From Erysipelotrichaceae bacterium (GTDB lineage: Bacteria > Bacillota_I > Bacilli_A > Erysipelotrichales > Erysipelotrichaceae), in the NCBI GenBank assembly GCA_963663995.1, contig OY760660.1, positions 1,230,001 through 1,262,000 of the forward strand: DNA of 32,000 nt, in the 5' to 3' direction. Below, piece after piece: positions 19,003 through 27,670 of this stretch. The stretch's first letter is position 1. Each line of letters opens with the position of its first letter. Both the position numbers and the translations under genes were made by a program. The notes beneath the pieces were generated by a model, which was not told the DNA's origin, did no database searches, and saw nothing but the letters and a program-made list of their open reading frames with translations.

Positions 19003-20425
19003 CCTCACAGTCTTTAATGATAAATCTAAAAGTCGTTCCTTCATTAAGATGAGAATCAACTTCAATATCTATATCATGTTTTTCAGCTATTTTTTGAACA
19101 ATTAATAAACCTAAACCATTTCCATCTGGGTTATTTGCTGTGTCTTTTTTATATCTGACAAAGAGTTCTTTGACTTGTTCAACGCTCATTCCCTTACCTG
19201 TATCCGCAATCGCAATAACCACTTTATCTTTGCGTCTTCCTATAGATAATGAAATCACTGAATTCTCATCAGCAAACTTAGTTGCATTGTGGATAATTGC
19301 CAACAACATTTGTTTGAGTCGTTGGGTATCTCCTTTACCAAAGATGAGTTTTTCATCTTGAGTGACTAAGAGTTTTTGGTTTTTCCTTTTAACCAACTCT
19401 TGTGCACTTCTAACGACATCCATGATTAATTCATGATATTCAAAACGAACCTTTTCCACTTTAAAGTCAGGATCTTCTAGTTTCGATAATTCTAATAAAT
19501 CATTAATCAGTCTTTGCATATCTTTACTTTCCTTTAAGATTTGAGGTATGACTTCTTCCTGCTTATATACTAAATCTTGTAATCCTTCCGTTAAACCGCG
19601 AATCACCGTAACAGGTGTTCTTAGTTCATGCGTGATATCGGCAATAAAGTTCTGTCTCATTTTTTCTAAATTATTGCGTGAATCACGTGCTGCCTTGAGT
19701 TCATCTGATAAGTTTACGATATTAGATTGTAGAACACCGACTTCATCTTTACGTTGTTTATTCTTTTTAAGATTATAATGGCCCTCGGCAAGTTGTTGAA
19801 TTGAGTAGGTTGCTTCTTCTAAAGGTTTAGTAAAGATGGAAGCAAGGACGATTCCTAAGACAACCGCAAAGAGTAAACCAATCCCTAAAGCGGTTAATAG
19901 TATATTAAAACCGGTATTTGCTAAAGCTGAAATGGACTGAGTTGTCGCAGAAATAAACAAACCCCCTACTATAGTATTCGCGCTCATGACCGGAGTTCCT
20001 ACAGTAATCGCATCAGAATTAAAAAATCCACTGACTTCTTCAGAGGTTATTTGTTCACCCGCAAAGACTTCATACAAAACAGATTGTGTTTGTTCAGATA
20101 AACGTGAGGCTGATCGCATCATCCCCATGCCAGATAAGTTATGGTTTGTTAAATAAACAATATCGCCATTAATACTGATATAAAAGATTCGAACATCTTC
20201 AATATTAATACGCGCTAGACTATTTGCTATGATTGTTTGATCAAGCATCATGCCACTATTAAAATCCAGGTTTTCAACAAGATAATTTGATTCACTAACT
20301 AACTTATCAGTCACTGCATTTTTATTTTGACTTTGATAAGTAAACAAGAAAACAACACCAATAATAATCGAAAAGAAAATCATCGCAGAAGTAAAATATA
20401 AAACAAACTTCGTTCTAATTTTCAC
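18992..20425 (-). CDS. Sensor histidine kinase (2 TM, extracytoplasmic loop, HAMP, HisKA, HATPase_c)
   Basis: H-box ITHELRTP, G1 DTGKGM, G2 GNGLGL. The GTG start directly abuts the regulator's TAA stop. Confidence 0.93.
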   Translation of the reverse strand: MKIRTKFVLYFTSAMIFFSIIIGVVFLFTYQSQNKNAVTDKLVSESNYLVENLDFNSGMMLDQTIIANSLARINIEDVRIFYISINGDIVYLTNHNLSGMGMMRSASRLSEQTQSVLYEVFAGEQITSEEVSGFFNSDAITVGTPVMSANTIVGGLFISATTQSISALANTGFNILLTALGIGLLFAVVLGIVLASIFTKPLEEATYSIQQLAEGHYNLKKNKQRKDEVGVLQSNIVNLSDELKAARDSRNNLEKMRQNFIADITHELRTPVTVIRGLTEGLQDLVYKQEEVIPQILKESKDMQRLINDLLELSKLEDPDFKVEKVRFEYHELIMDVVRSAQELVKRKNQKLLVTQDEKLIFGKGDTQRLKQMLLAIIHNATKFADENSVISLSIGRRKDKVVIAIADTGKGMSVEQVKELFVRYKKDTANNPDGNGLGLLIVQKIAEKHDIDIEVDSHLNEGTTFRFIIKDCEGEA

Positions 20426-21100
20426 TTAAAGTACCTCAAATTTATAACCCACACCCCAAACCGTTTTGACGTCCCATTTTGGATGATCATATTTATCTAA
20501 CTTCGCTCTTAAACGTGTCATGTGCGCATCAACTGTACGACTATCACCAAAGTATGAGTAGCCCCATACTTGATCAAGCAAATTATCTCGACTAAAGGCT
20601 TGTTTATTATTCGCTGCTAAAGTGTACAGAAGTTCGATTTCTTTCTTCGTTAAATGAAGTTCTTCATGATTGATTGATGCTTTAAAGGCAGTAAGATCTA
20701 CATGCAGATTATCAATATCTATGATATGTGAATTACTTTGCACATCAATTCGTCTTAAAACCGCTTTAACACGAGCCATAACTTCAGCTGGTGAAAAAGG
20801 TTTGACGATATAATCATCGGCTCCAATATCTAAGCCCATGATTCTCTCATAGTCTTCACCACGAGCCGTCACCATGATAATTGGTGTTGTTGAGTGTTTT
20901 CTAATTTCTTTGCAAACACTAAATCCATCTAACTCTGGCATCATGACATCAAGCAAAACTAAATCAATATCTGTTTTAAATAATTCAAGAGCTTGCGTTC
21001 CCGTACTGGCAACGACACTTTCAAACCCTTCCTTAAGAGCATAATCTTTGAGGATGTTAGTTATTTGTAAATTATCATCAGCAATTAGTAATTTTGGCAT
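20426..21100 (-). CDS. OmpR/PhoB-family response regulator
   Basis: Start refined to MPKLLIADD (ATG 21100, AAGGAG 8 nt upstream). Receiver motif LLDVMMPELDG; winged-helix end WGVGYKFEV. Confidence 0.95.
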   Translation of the reverse strand: MPKLLIADDNLQITNILKDYALKEGFESVVASTGTQALELFKTDIDLVLLDVMMPELDGFSVCKEIRKHSTTPIIMVTARGEDYERIMGLDIGADDYIVKPFSPAEVMARVKAVLRRIDVQSNSHIIDIDNLHVDLTAFKASINHEELHLTKKEIELLYTLAANNKQAFSRDNLLDQVWGYSYFGDSRTVDAHMTRLRAKLDKYDHPKWDVKTVWGVGYKFEVL

Positions 21101-22102
21101 AATATAAAACTCCTTAATTATTTCTATTATAGAAGTCATTTGTAACAAAACCATAACAATTTTACTTATGTTTCAAGTTTTAGTGCTTACAAAACCAAAT
21201 CTTTCAATTTTTTATACTAATAAAACATTGTATTTTAAGCATACATTAAATAAATTATCATAAAATGTTAATCCCTTATCACTAGGTTCAGATTCATCTC
21301 TATTTGCAAATATGTGAGGCTAGGAAGTTGACACCAAATAAACCATCAAACCGATTTTAATAAAGCCTGCTCATATCTTGATATCGAAGAGAATATAAGC
21401 AGCTTAATACTGACGACTATTATGTCTAATAGTTAATCACCTCACGTTATTTGTTGGAAGTAGTTCGTTTTTTTAATTCTGTAACTTTTCGATATATATT
21501 TAATTCTCAAATTATAAAGCTAGCTAACTCAGGTGGATGGTATAAAATTGGACAAAAGCGAGAAATATAAAATATATTTAAAACAATAAATTGGTTGATT
21601 TTTAGAACACTATAAAAAAATCATAGCACATAGCTGATCTCACGAAGGACCATCTATCTTTATTAAGGTCATGTTTAAACAATATCTAACCATCAAATTT
21701 TTATTTTACTCAACGCTTATCCTTATTGATTGAACATATAATCATGTGAATCAAAAATTAAAGTTTTGAAATATCATAAAAACTTTGTAGGTGATTTTTA
21801 GACTAGTTTACTATTACAAATTAATTAAGCGTAAAAATAAGGTTTACTTAAATACCAATTGTATTGGAATATAAACCTATAAAAGTATCCCCTCACGCCT
21901 ATTAGTTTACACGCTAAACCTTAGTAGTCTGTGATGGCAAATGCTTGAATAAATAAAAAAAATACTTATACATGGTGAGGAGTGTTATTACTCACAAAAA
22001 TTAAAATCACCCCTAAAGCAATCCCTACATCAGTTAGAGCGGAATTAAACTTTATATTATCTATGGTTAGGTTAAAGGAAACATAAAATGAATCAGTATC
22101 TT

Positions 22103-22933
22103 TTATAATTCAATAATATGTCCCGTATGATTTAGTTGAAATTTAAGATGATAATAGTCCTTCATTTTATCCATTGCCTTATCACCTGTACAATGAGATG
22201 CAGCTAGTAATGCGAGTTCTTCTTGATCTAAATGTTGAATTGTTTTTTGTATGCGTTCATCACTTGCTTTATTTAAATGTGTTCCACCAATAATCGCTCG
22301 TATAGGTAATCGGGTGTGTGTCTTAATATGCTCAACGATATTAACAATTCCTATATGAGAGCAGCCAACTAACAAAATTAATCCGTTATCACTTACGATA
22401 CCTAAAACTATCTCATCGTGAAATTTATCATTTACAAACTGATTGTTTTCTTTTAAATAAAAACGTGGTTCTATCTCTTCAAAATCGTTTGTTTTACTAA
22501 AGTGATGAAAAACCATAATCTTTTCATCTATTTGGTAATCTTCATTTTCAATTTTGACGCAATCAATTCCATTTAATCTGCAAAATTCTTCATCAAACTC
22601 AACTCCATTAGCATGATATTCATCATTTTCTTTTTTGTACTTTTGATCGAAAAATTCAGAACCTACAACAACTTGCTTTACTTTGAAGTTATCCACTAGC
22701 TTTCTAAACCCACCGGCATGGTCATAATGCCCATGTGAAATAAGACACACATCAAGATCACTTAAATCAATGCCTAGCATTTGAGCATTCTTGATAAAAT
22801 CACCACTCAAACCTGTATCAAAAAGTATTTTCTTGCCATATGCGTTTATATACATTGATATGCCATGTTCATAAAATAAATCAATATTTGGATGTGGATG
22901 ATTTTCAATTAATGTTGTTATCTTGATACTCAT
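22103..22933 (-). CDS. MBL-fold metallo-hydrolase, COG1237 type
   Basis: Start refined to MSIKITTLIENH (ATG 22933). HGHYDHAGG (HxHxDH) motif. Confidence 0.85.
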   Translation of the reverse strand: MSIKITTLIENHPHPNIDLFYEHGISMYINAYGKKILFDTGLSGDFIKNAQMLGIDLSDLDVCLISHGHYDHAGGFRKLVDNFKVKQVVVGSEFFDQKYKKENDEYHANGVEFDEEFCRLNGIDCVKIENEDYQIDEKIMVFHHFSKTNDFEEIEPRFYLKENNQFVNDKFHDEIVLGIVSDNGLILLVGCSHIGIVNIVEHIKTHTRLPIRAIIGGTHLNKASDERIQKTIQHLDQEELALLAASHCTGDKAMDKMKDYYHLKFQLNHTGHIIEL

Positions 22934-23194
22934 GTCATTTTCCGTTCTAGTTCTTAGAAACTTGTTTCCTAAAATCATTATTTTAAATTACCATCTGCTA
23001 TTCATTTGCTTGTCCAACAAGAATTATCCTAATGTAACTTATTTAAGCCATCTTATTCAAAATACTGATTCCAATTATTTTACAACATCTATCATTCATC
23101 AAAGTCATGGCCCACAATGAGACTACAATTGATGACATTGAAATAGGCAATGTTTATAGTCTTTTAAAACAAATTACTCGACTAAAAGACTTCT

Positions 23195-24070
23195 TTAGAC
23201 CAGGGAATCTTTATTGAATATCTCCATTGTTTGATTAAAAACATCGGTTACTGCTTTTTTTGCTTCACAATCTACATCAACGATTGTTAAGGCGTTGTTA
23301 ATTGCCTTAATAGCTTTTGTATCATATGGAATTTTACCAACAAATGGTAGATGATTTTTTTTACAATAATCTTGGATTTTTTCTGTATAATCTAAATTTA
23401 CATCATATTTATTTACGCATATACAAATTTTTGTTTGAAATTTTTGTGCCGTGTGAATAATTCGTTCCATATCACTAATCCCTGACAAAGAAGGTTCTGT
23501 GACAATTAGAACCATATCAACTCCGCTTAATGAGGCAATAACTGGACAACCAATACCTGGTGATCCATCGATGATTGATATATCTACATCTTCTGCATTG
23601 TTCTTCATTTGTTTTTTTACATCTGTAACTAACATACCCGAATTACCACTACCCATTTTTAATTGAGCCGTTGAAAATGTACTATGATTTTTAAATAACT
23701 TAATTTCACCATTAATCGATGGTCGCATTGTTATGGCGTTGCTTGGGCAAACTAATTCACAAACAGCACACCCTTCACATGCATTCTCATCAATGTGATA
23801 TTGATTATTTACATATATCGCATCAAATCGACACGCTTGTTTGCAAAGACCACATTGCGCACATCGTTCTGAATCTATTTCAGCTTTGGGTAAGCCATAG
23901 TAATCTGTTTTTACTACTTTTGCATTTTGACTCAAGACTAAATGAAGATTTGGTGCATCCACATCGCAATCTGCATATGCTTTAGCATCTAAAATTTTTA
24001 TAAAAGCACTACTAACGGTTGTCTTCCCCGTTCCACCTTTACCACTAAGGACGAGAAGCTGTCGCATCAT
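23195..24070 (-). CDS. MinD/Mrp-type P-loop ATPase with inserted 2x[4Fe-4S] ferredoxin domain (COG1149-like), copy B
   Basis: GKGGTGKT; CAQCGLCKQACRFDAI and CEGCAVCELVCPSNAI (CxxCxxCxxxC x2). AAGGAGG RBS. The start may be the second ATG (24067). Confidence 0.88.
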   Translation of the reverse strand: MMRQLLVLSGKGGTGKTTVSSAFIKILDAKAYADCDVDAPNLHLVLSQNAKVVKTDYYGLPKAEIDSERCAQCGLCKQACRFDAIYVNNQYHIDENACEGCAVCELVCPSNAITMRPSINGEIKLFKNHSTFSTAQLKMGSGNSGMLVTDVKKQMKNNAEDVDISIIDGSPGIGCPVIASLSGVDMVLIVTEPSLSGISDMERIIHTAQKFQTKICICVNKYDVNLDYTEKIQDYCKKNHLPFVGKIPYDTKAIKAINNALTIVDVDCEAKKAVTDVFNQTMEIFNKDSLV

Positions 24071-24944
24071 TTACCTCCTTAATAACAACATTGAGTAATG
24101 AAGTGAATAGTTCTTTAAACTTTTCATCTTCTCTCACTGATATGAGCGCATTTGAATTTAAATGGCCTAATGTTGTATCAAATGGAATCCTCCCTAAAAT
24201 ATCAATTTTATTCTCAATACAGTATTTCTCGGATGGATTATCCTTATTTACATATTTATTTAAAATTACTCCATGCGGTTTCTTAAATACTTTCACTAGT
24301 TCAGTCACCATATTCAGATTATGTGATCCAAAAATACTTGGCTCAGCTACTAATATACAATAATCAACATCCTTAATGCTTTCCATAACAACACACGAAC
24401 TACCAGGAGGACAATCAATAAAAGTTATTTCATTATTATCTTGTATGCCTTCAATTAGTTTTTTTATTATTGGCACTCCAGATTCTTCACCTGTGTTTAA
24501 AATTCCACTCTTAACAAATACATTGTCTGCGTAACCTTTTTGAACTTCCCCAATTTTCTTATCTTTTTCACTTATTGCTTTTTCAGGGCAAATTAAAGAA
24601 CACCCACCACATGAATGACAAACATCTTCAAAAACATGTAGTTTAGGTGAAATATAAGCTAAGGCATTAAAACGACAAAAATCGACACACTTTCGACAAC
24701 CGTTGCATAAATCAGGATTCACTACAGGAATCTTCACTTTAACATCTTCGATTTCAATGTTCGATGGTTTAAAGAAAAGATGCCCATTGGGTTCTTCTAC
24801 ATCACAATCAATATAATTTGATTTAAGTGACGCTGCTGCTAAATTAACAGATACAAGGGTTTTACCAGTACCACCCTTACCACTTAATACAGCAATTTTT
24901 AATGAATTAGTGGCCATCGGTATGGAAACCTGCGTGAATTTCAT
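24045..24944 (-). CDS. MinD/Mrp-type P-loop ATPase with inserted 2x[4Fe-4S] ferredoxin domain, copy A
   Basis: GKGGTGKT; CNGCRKCVDFCRFNAL and CHSCGGCSLICPEKAI. A start at 24917 (MATNSLKIAVLSGKGG) is more likely and would cut the overlap with the upstream gene from 38 to 11 nt. Confidence 0.88.
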   Translation of the reverse strand: MKFTQVSIPMATNSLKIAVLSGKGGTGKTLVSVNLAAASLKSNYIDCDVEEPNGHLFFKPSNIEIEDVKVKIPVVNPDLCNGCRKCVDFCRFNALAYISPKLHVFEDVCHSCGGCSLICPEKAISEKDKKIGEVQKGYADNVFVKSGILNTGEESGVPIIKKLIEGIQDNNEITFIDCPPGSSCVVMESIKDVDYCILVAEPSIFGSHNLNMVTELVKVFKKPHGVILNKYVNKDNPSEKYCIENKIDILGRIPFDTTLGHLNSNALISVREDEKFKELFTSLLNVVIKEVNDATASRP

Positions 24945-25272
24945 TTAAAGGTTTTAAATGTCCTTCTTTAAAAGAATTAATGTTTTCCATAATAGTAGAA
25001 CTATTTGTTTTAAAAATTTGTATATGGGCTGCACTTAATACTTTGGCTGCATTTTCACCACATTGTGGCGTTAATAATGCATCAACTTGAGCATCTACGA
25101 TAATTTGGGCTGCCTTAATACCTGCCCCACCTTGTGCACTCATAGCGTGATTATCAATATAATCACTTTCTTGTGTGTCTGTATCGTAAATTAGGTAAAA
25201 AAGTGTTCTTGCAAATGTAGTGCTAATGTTGCTTTCTAAATTCTGATCTGTAACTGGTAACGCTATTTTCAT
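24907..25272 (-). CDS. NifB/NifX-family (dinitrogenase FeMo-cofactor-binding fold) protein
   Basis: 121 aa. MKIALPV..., GGAGIKAAQIIVDAQVDALLTPQCGENAAKVLSAAHIQIF matches the family pattern. ATGA overlap with the DUF134 gene. Confidence 0.82.
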   Translation of the reverse strand: MKIALPVTDQNLESNISTTFARTLFYLIYDTDTQESDYIDNHAMSAQGGAGIKAAQIIVDAQVDALLTPQCGENAAKVLSAAHIQIFKTNSSTIMENINSFKEGHLKPLNEIHAGFHTDGH

Positions 25273-25661
25273 TTATGATTTCCTCTACGATTTCTTCTCC
25301 CTTGTCCTAGATTGTTTTGACAACGGCTTCGATGGCAATTTCCACAAGCTTTTAGACGTTCGTTTTCGTCATAAAGTTGGTAGTCTCCACCTTCGATTCT
25401 TAAATTAGTTCCATTAATTAATGACTCAGCAATCTTTTGTCTTGCACTTTTATAGATAGCTTGCACGGTAGCTCTAGCTACTTGCATTTTATCAGCACAC
25501 TCTTCTTGTATAAGCTCTTCAAAATCAATTAATCGAATACATTCGTATTCTTCTAGACTCATGATAATTGTTTTAGGTTGTGGATCTACTTGATATAAGG
25601 GACCATAATCTAATCGTTCAGGCATACAGCAGACTCTACGCATTTTTCTAGGTCTTGGCAT
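25269..25661 (-). CDS. DUF134 (UPF0251) predicted DNA-binding protein
   Basis: The MPRPRKMRRVCCMPE N-terminus is the family hallmark. Sigma-70 region-4-like HTH (ECADKMQVARATVQAIYKSARQKIAE). Cys/Arg-rich tail CGNCHRSRC. Confidence 0.82.
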   Translation of the reverse strand: MPRPRKMRRVCCMPERLDYGPLYQVDPQPKTIIMSLEEYECIRLIDFEELIQEECADKMQVARATVQAIYKSARQKIAESLINGTNLRIEGGDYQLYDENERLKACGNCHRSRCQNNLGQGRRNRRGNHK

Positions 25662-25695
25662 TCTTTTTTTGTAAAGTAAAAGGGATTTCTCCCTA

Positions 25696-25965
25696 TTACT
25701 TTAAATCCTTTATAGAATCTAATTCTTGATTAATACGATTAAGTTCTCGTTGTAGAAGTTCTTTTTCTTGGAGAAGCGTTGTCTGACTAAAATTGTTTTT
25801 GTTTATAAATTTTCGTTCGTTATTGTTTCTCATTCTACCCCCTCTACCATAACCACCATAAAAACCAGATGAATTTTGTTGAGTATCAGTTGTTCTACAA
25901 TAACCTAACCGTCTGCCAGTCATTGCACCTTGTCCTTGTGGACCTGTTTTATCTTGTCTTGGCAT
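25696..25965 (-). CDS. DUF5320-family small protein
   Basis: Start refined to MPRQDKTGPQGQGAMTGRRLGYC (ATG 25965, AGGAGG 7 nt upstream). Gly/Arg-rich middle and C-terminal coiled coil (LLQEKELLQRELNRINQELDSIK). Confidence 0.8.
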   Translation of the reverse strand: MPRQDKTGPQGQGAMTGRRLGYCRTTDTQQNSSGFYGGYGRGGRMRNNNERKFINKNNFSQTTLLQEKELLQRELNRINQELDSIKDLK

Positions 25966-25986
25966 ATAATACCTCCTAATAGTTTT

Positions 25987-26037
25987 TGACATATGTCATT
26001 TACATATGTATTATACATCTTTTTTGGCATATGACAA
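25987..26037 (-). promoter_or_regulatory. Sigma-A-type promoter with three CATATG-centred palindromes (putative operators)
   Basis: Minus strand: TTGTCA (26037..26032), 16 nt, TATAAT (26015..26010). Palindromes: tgacatatgtca (25987..25998, perfect 12-mer), tacatatgta (26001..26010), tggcatatgaca (26025..26036). Confidence 0.55.
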
Positions 26038-26043
26038 ATATAT

Positions 26044-26080
26044 AAAAAAAGAATGTTATATTTTCACAACATTCTTTTCT
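26044..26080. terminator. Bidirectional hairpin/insulator upstream of the DUF5320 operon promoter
   Basis: aagaatgtt (26049..26057), 10-nt loop, aacattctt (26068..26076), flanked by an A7 run and a T-rich run. Confidence 0.5.
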
Positions 26081-26281
26081 TGTTTATGTTTGTTCTTCAA
26101 ATCTATTTTCACTTTTTCTCATAAATTATAACTCTCTGATATTTTGCCACACGTAATGAGTGTTTACATTTAGATGATTGAGATGCTCGTGATAATTAAT
26201 GTAATAACTTCTTCAAATAAAGCAATGATAAGACCTAGAGCGATGGATAAATTACGTATCACTGATTCTTATTTCAAAACC

Positions 26282-26307
26282 GTACTCTATCTTAGAGTAC
26301 TCTTTTT
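26282..26307 (+). terminator. Orphan plus-strand terminator-like hairpin in a coding-free gap
   Basis: gtactct-atctt-agagtac then tcttttt. No credible plus-strand gene lies upstream. Confidence 0.35.
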
Positions 26308-26504
26308 GTAATTACTCCATCGATAAAAATAATTTATGTGAAGCAGTAGTCAAGCTTAACTTCGCTTTCTAATAAACAAGACAATGATTTTTTCCTCAGA
26401 AATAAATAATTTTATGTTCAATGAAAAATAACATGTCATCAAAACTAAGCTTTAAATGTTTTTATTATTTAAATCTAAAGAATTCAAAATGATTAAGAGT
26501 TTAG

Positions 26505-27278
26505 TTATATCCATCCAAATTTCTTACAAGCATTGTAGATTCCATGATCTACATTGTTGTCAGTAATATAATCTGCTTTTTCCTTTAATTCATCGCAAGC
26601 ATTTCCCATCGCAATACTTGTCCAACGATTATCAAACATGACTAAATCATTCGTATCATCCCCAAAAACTACAACATCCTCTAGTTTCCCATTAACATGT
26701 TCAATCATATTTTCGATTCCTCGATGTTTTTCATCATATTGGAATATAAGATACTCAGGGACAAAGCGTAAATGTCCAATTGAGTTAATCAATTTTACTT
26801 TATGTTCATCTTTCTCTGAAATACTTAAATAGAGTTTTAAGATATCTGTTAATTGTTCATAGTCTATATTTGGATCAATGATGTATTCTGTGGGTTCTTG
26901 TCGTTCCCCAACTTGTTCTCTAAATTTATTATTCTTTGAATACACCTTGATTGAGTCATCTAACATGACTAAAACACCCACATCTTTTGCTTCAGCTTCT
27001 CTAATCAAAGCTTTAGCTTTATCAATGTCTAATGGTATATTCTCAACAAGTTCTCCATCAATGACAAGACCACCGCCGCCACAACAAACCATATTACTTA
27101 GTTTTAAATCATCAAAAACCCAACGTGCTTTATAGTGTGCTCGACCTGTAGCGATAGCAACAAAATGTCCATTAGCTTCTAATGCTCTAATAGTATCAAC
27201 TGCTGAAGGAACAACCTGATGTGTACGTTTATCTGTTAATGTTCCATCAATATCAAAGAAGAAATATTTTTTACTCAT
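26505..27278 (-). CDS. Cof-type HAD-IIB family hydrolase (sugar phosphatase-like)
   Basis: FFDIDGTLT (motif I), ATGR (motif II region), GDDTNDLVMF (motif IV). Confidence 0.9.
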   Translation of the reverse strand: MSKKYFFFDIDGTLTDKRTHQVVPSAVDTIRALEANGHFVAIATGRAHYKARWVFDDLKLSNMVCCGGGGLVIDGELVENIPLDIDKAKALIREAEAKDVGVLVMLDDSIKVYSKNNKFREQVGERQEPTEYIIDPNIDYEQLTDILKLYLSISEKDEHKVKLINSIGHLRFVPEYLIFQYDEKHRGIENMIEHVNGKLEDVVVFGDDTNDLVMFDNRWTSIAMGNACDELKEKADYITDNNVDHGIYNACKKFGWI

Positions 27279-27628
27279 AACCCTTACCTTTATCTTTTAA
27301 AAGTTTAACATTCTTTTTTTGAAATTTCTTTCCATAAAAAATGCTAAATATTTATAATTACATTTTATTTTCACTCATTTTATTATTAATACGTAGCATC
27401 CATTTAAAAAATATTTTTAATCATTATCTAATTAATTGAAATATTATTTCAAATGTTTTTCTTTATGATATATGAATTTATACGACTTATATATAATGAA
27501 CTCAGCTTAGAACACCTAAGTTGTGCAAATGTTATTTTCTCAGATTCTTCTTGTTACAACACTTTGAGAATAACCCTTGATGTTTAAGTAAAACCATCCA
27601 ATGTTTCCTTAAACAAGATTAACACACG

Positions 27629-27666
27629 AAAAGAGATAGATTCATGGGCATGATTCTATCTCTTTT
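27629..27666 (-). terminator. Strong hairpin terminator after the EcsC-family gene
   Basis: aaaagagatagattcatg-gg-catgattctatctctttt, 17/18-bp stem, starting 5 nt beyond the stop codon. Confidence 0.7.
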
Positions 27667-27670
27667 CAAT

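Noticed and set aside
21101-21154. N-terminal extensions given by the ORF track: response regulator to 21154, ODH-family gene to 16488, DUF5320 to 25992, MBL to 22978, toxin to 13406
   Set aside because: For the response regulator, ODH-family and DUF5320 genes, an internal ATG preceded by a strong AGGAGG/AAGGAG site at 6-8 nt matches the expected family N-terminus. For the MBL and toxin genes the internal ATG was preferred on N-terminus fit alone; only a weak GGA or no SD is visible there. The extensions lack RBSs, and one is a TTG.
21671-21733. 20-codon hydrophobic ORF (MFKQYLTIKFLFYSTLILID) as a type I toxin
   Set aside because: The AAGG lies only 2 nt from the ATG, no convergent antisense promoter or terminator was recognised, and a peptide like this is expected by chance in AT-rich DNA.
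22923-23120. 65-codon plus-strand ORF in the gap between the MinD/ferredoxin ATPase and MBL genes
   Set aside because: It has a TTG start inside the MBL gene's 5' end and no RBS, and its composition looks non-coding (MILMSFSVLVLRNLFPKIIILNYHLLF...). It is treated as intergenic sequence.
24907-25272. NifX-like gene as evidence of nitrogen fixation
   Set aside because: No nifH/D/K/E/N/B-type genes are in the window. Stand-alone NifX/NifB-C-terminal-fold proteins are widespread in non-diazotrophs.
25987-26010. CATATG palindromes as LexA (Cheo) boxes
   Set aside because: Only the central ACATATGT core resembles CGAACATATGTTCG. The outer GAAC/GTTC halves are TGAC/GTCA or TAC/GTA, and the downstream genes are not SOS-type. 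No Cheo-like box was seen upstream of uvrA, uvrB's operon or the radical SAM gene either.
26174-26311. 45-codon plus-strand ORF (MIEMLVIINVITSSNKAMIRPRAMDKLRITDSYFKTVLYLRVLFL)
   Set aside because: It has no RBS, reads through a terminator-like hairpin, and has no recognisable family. It is kept only as part of the coding-free-gap observation.
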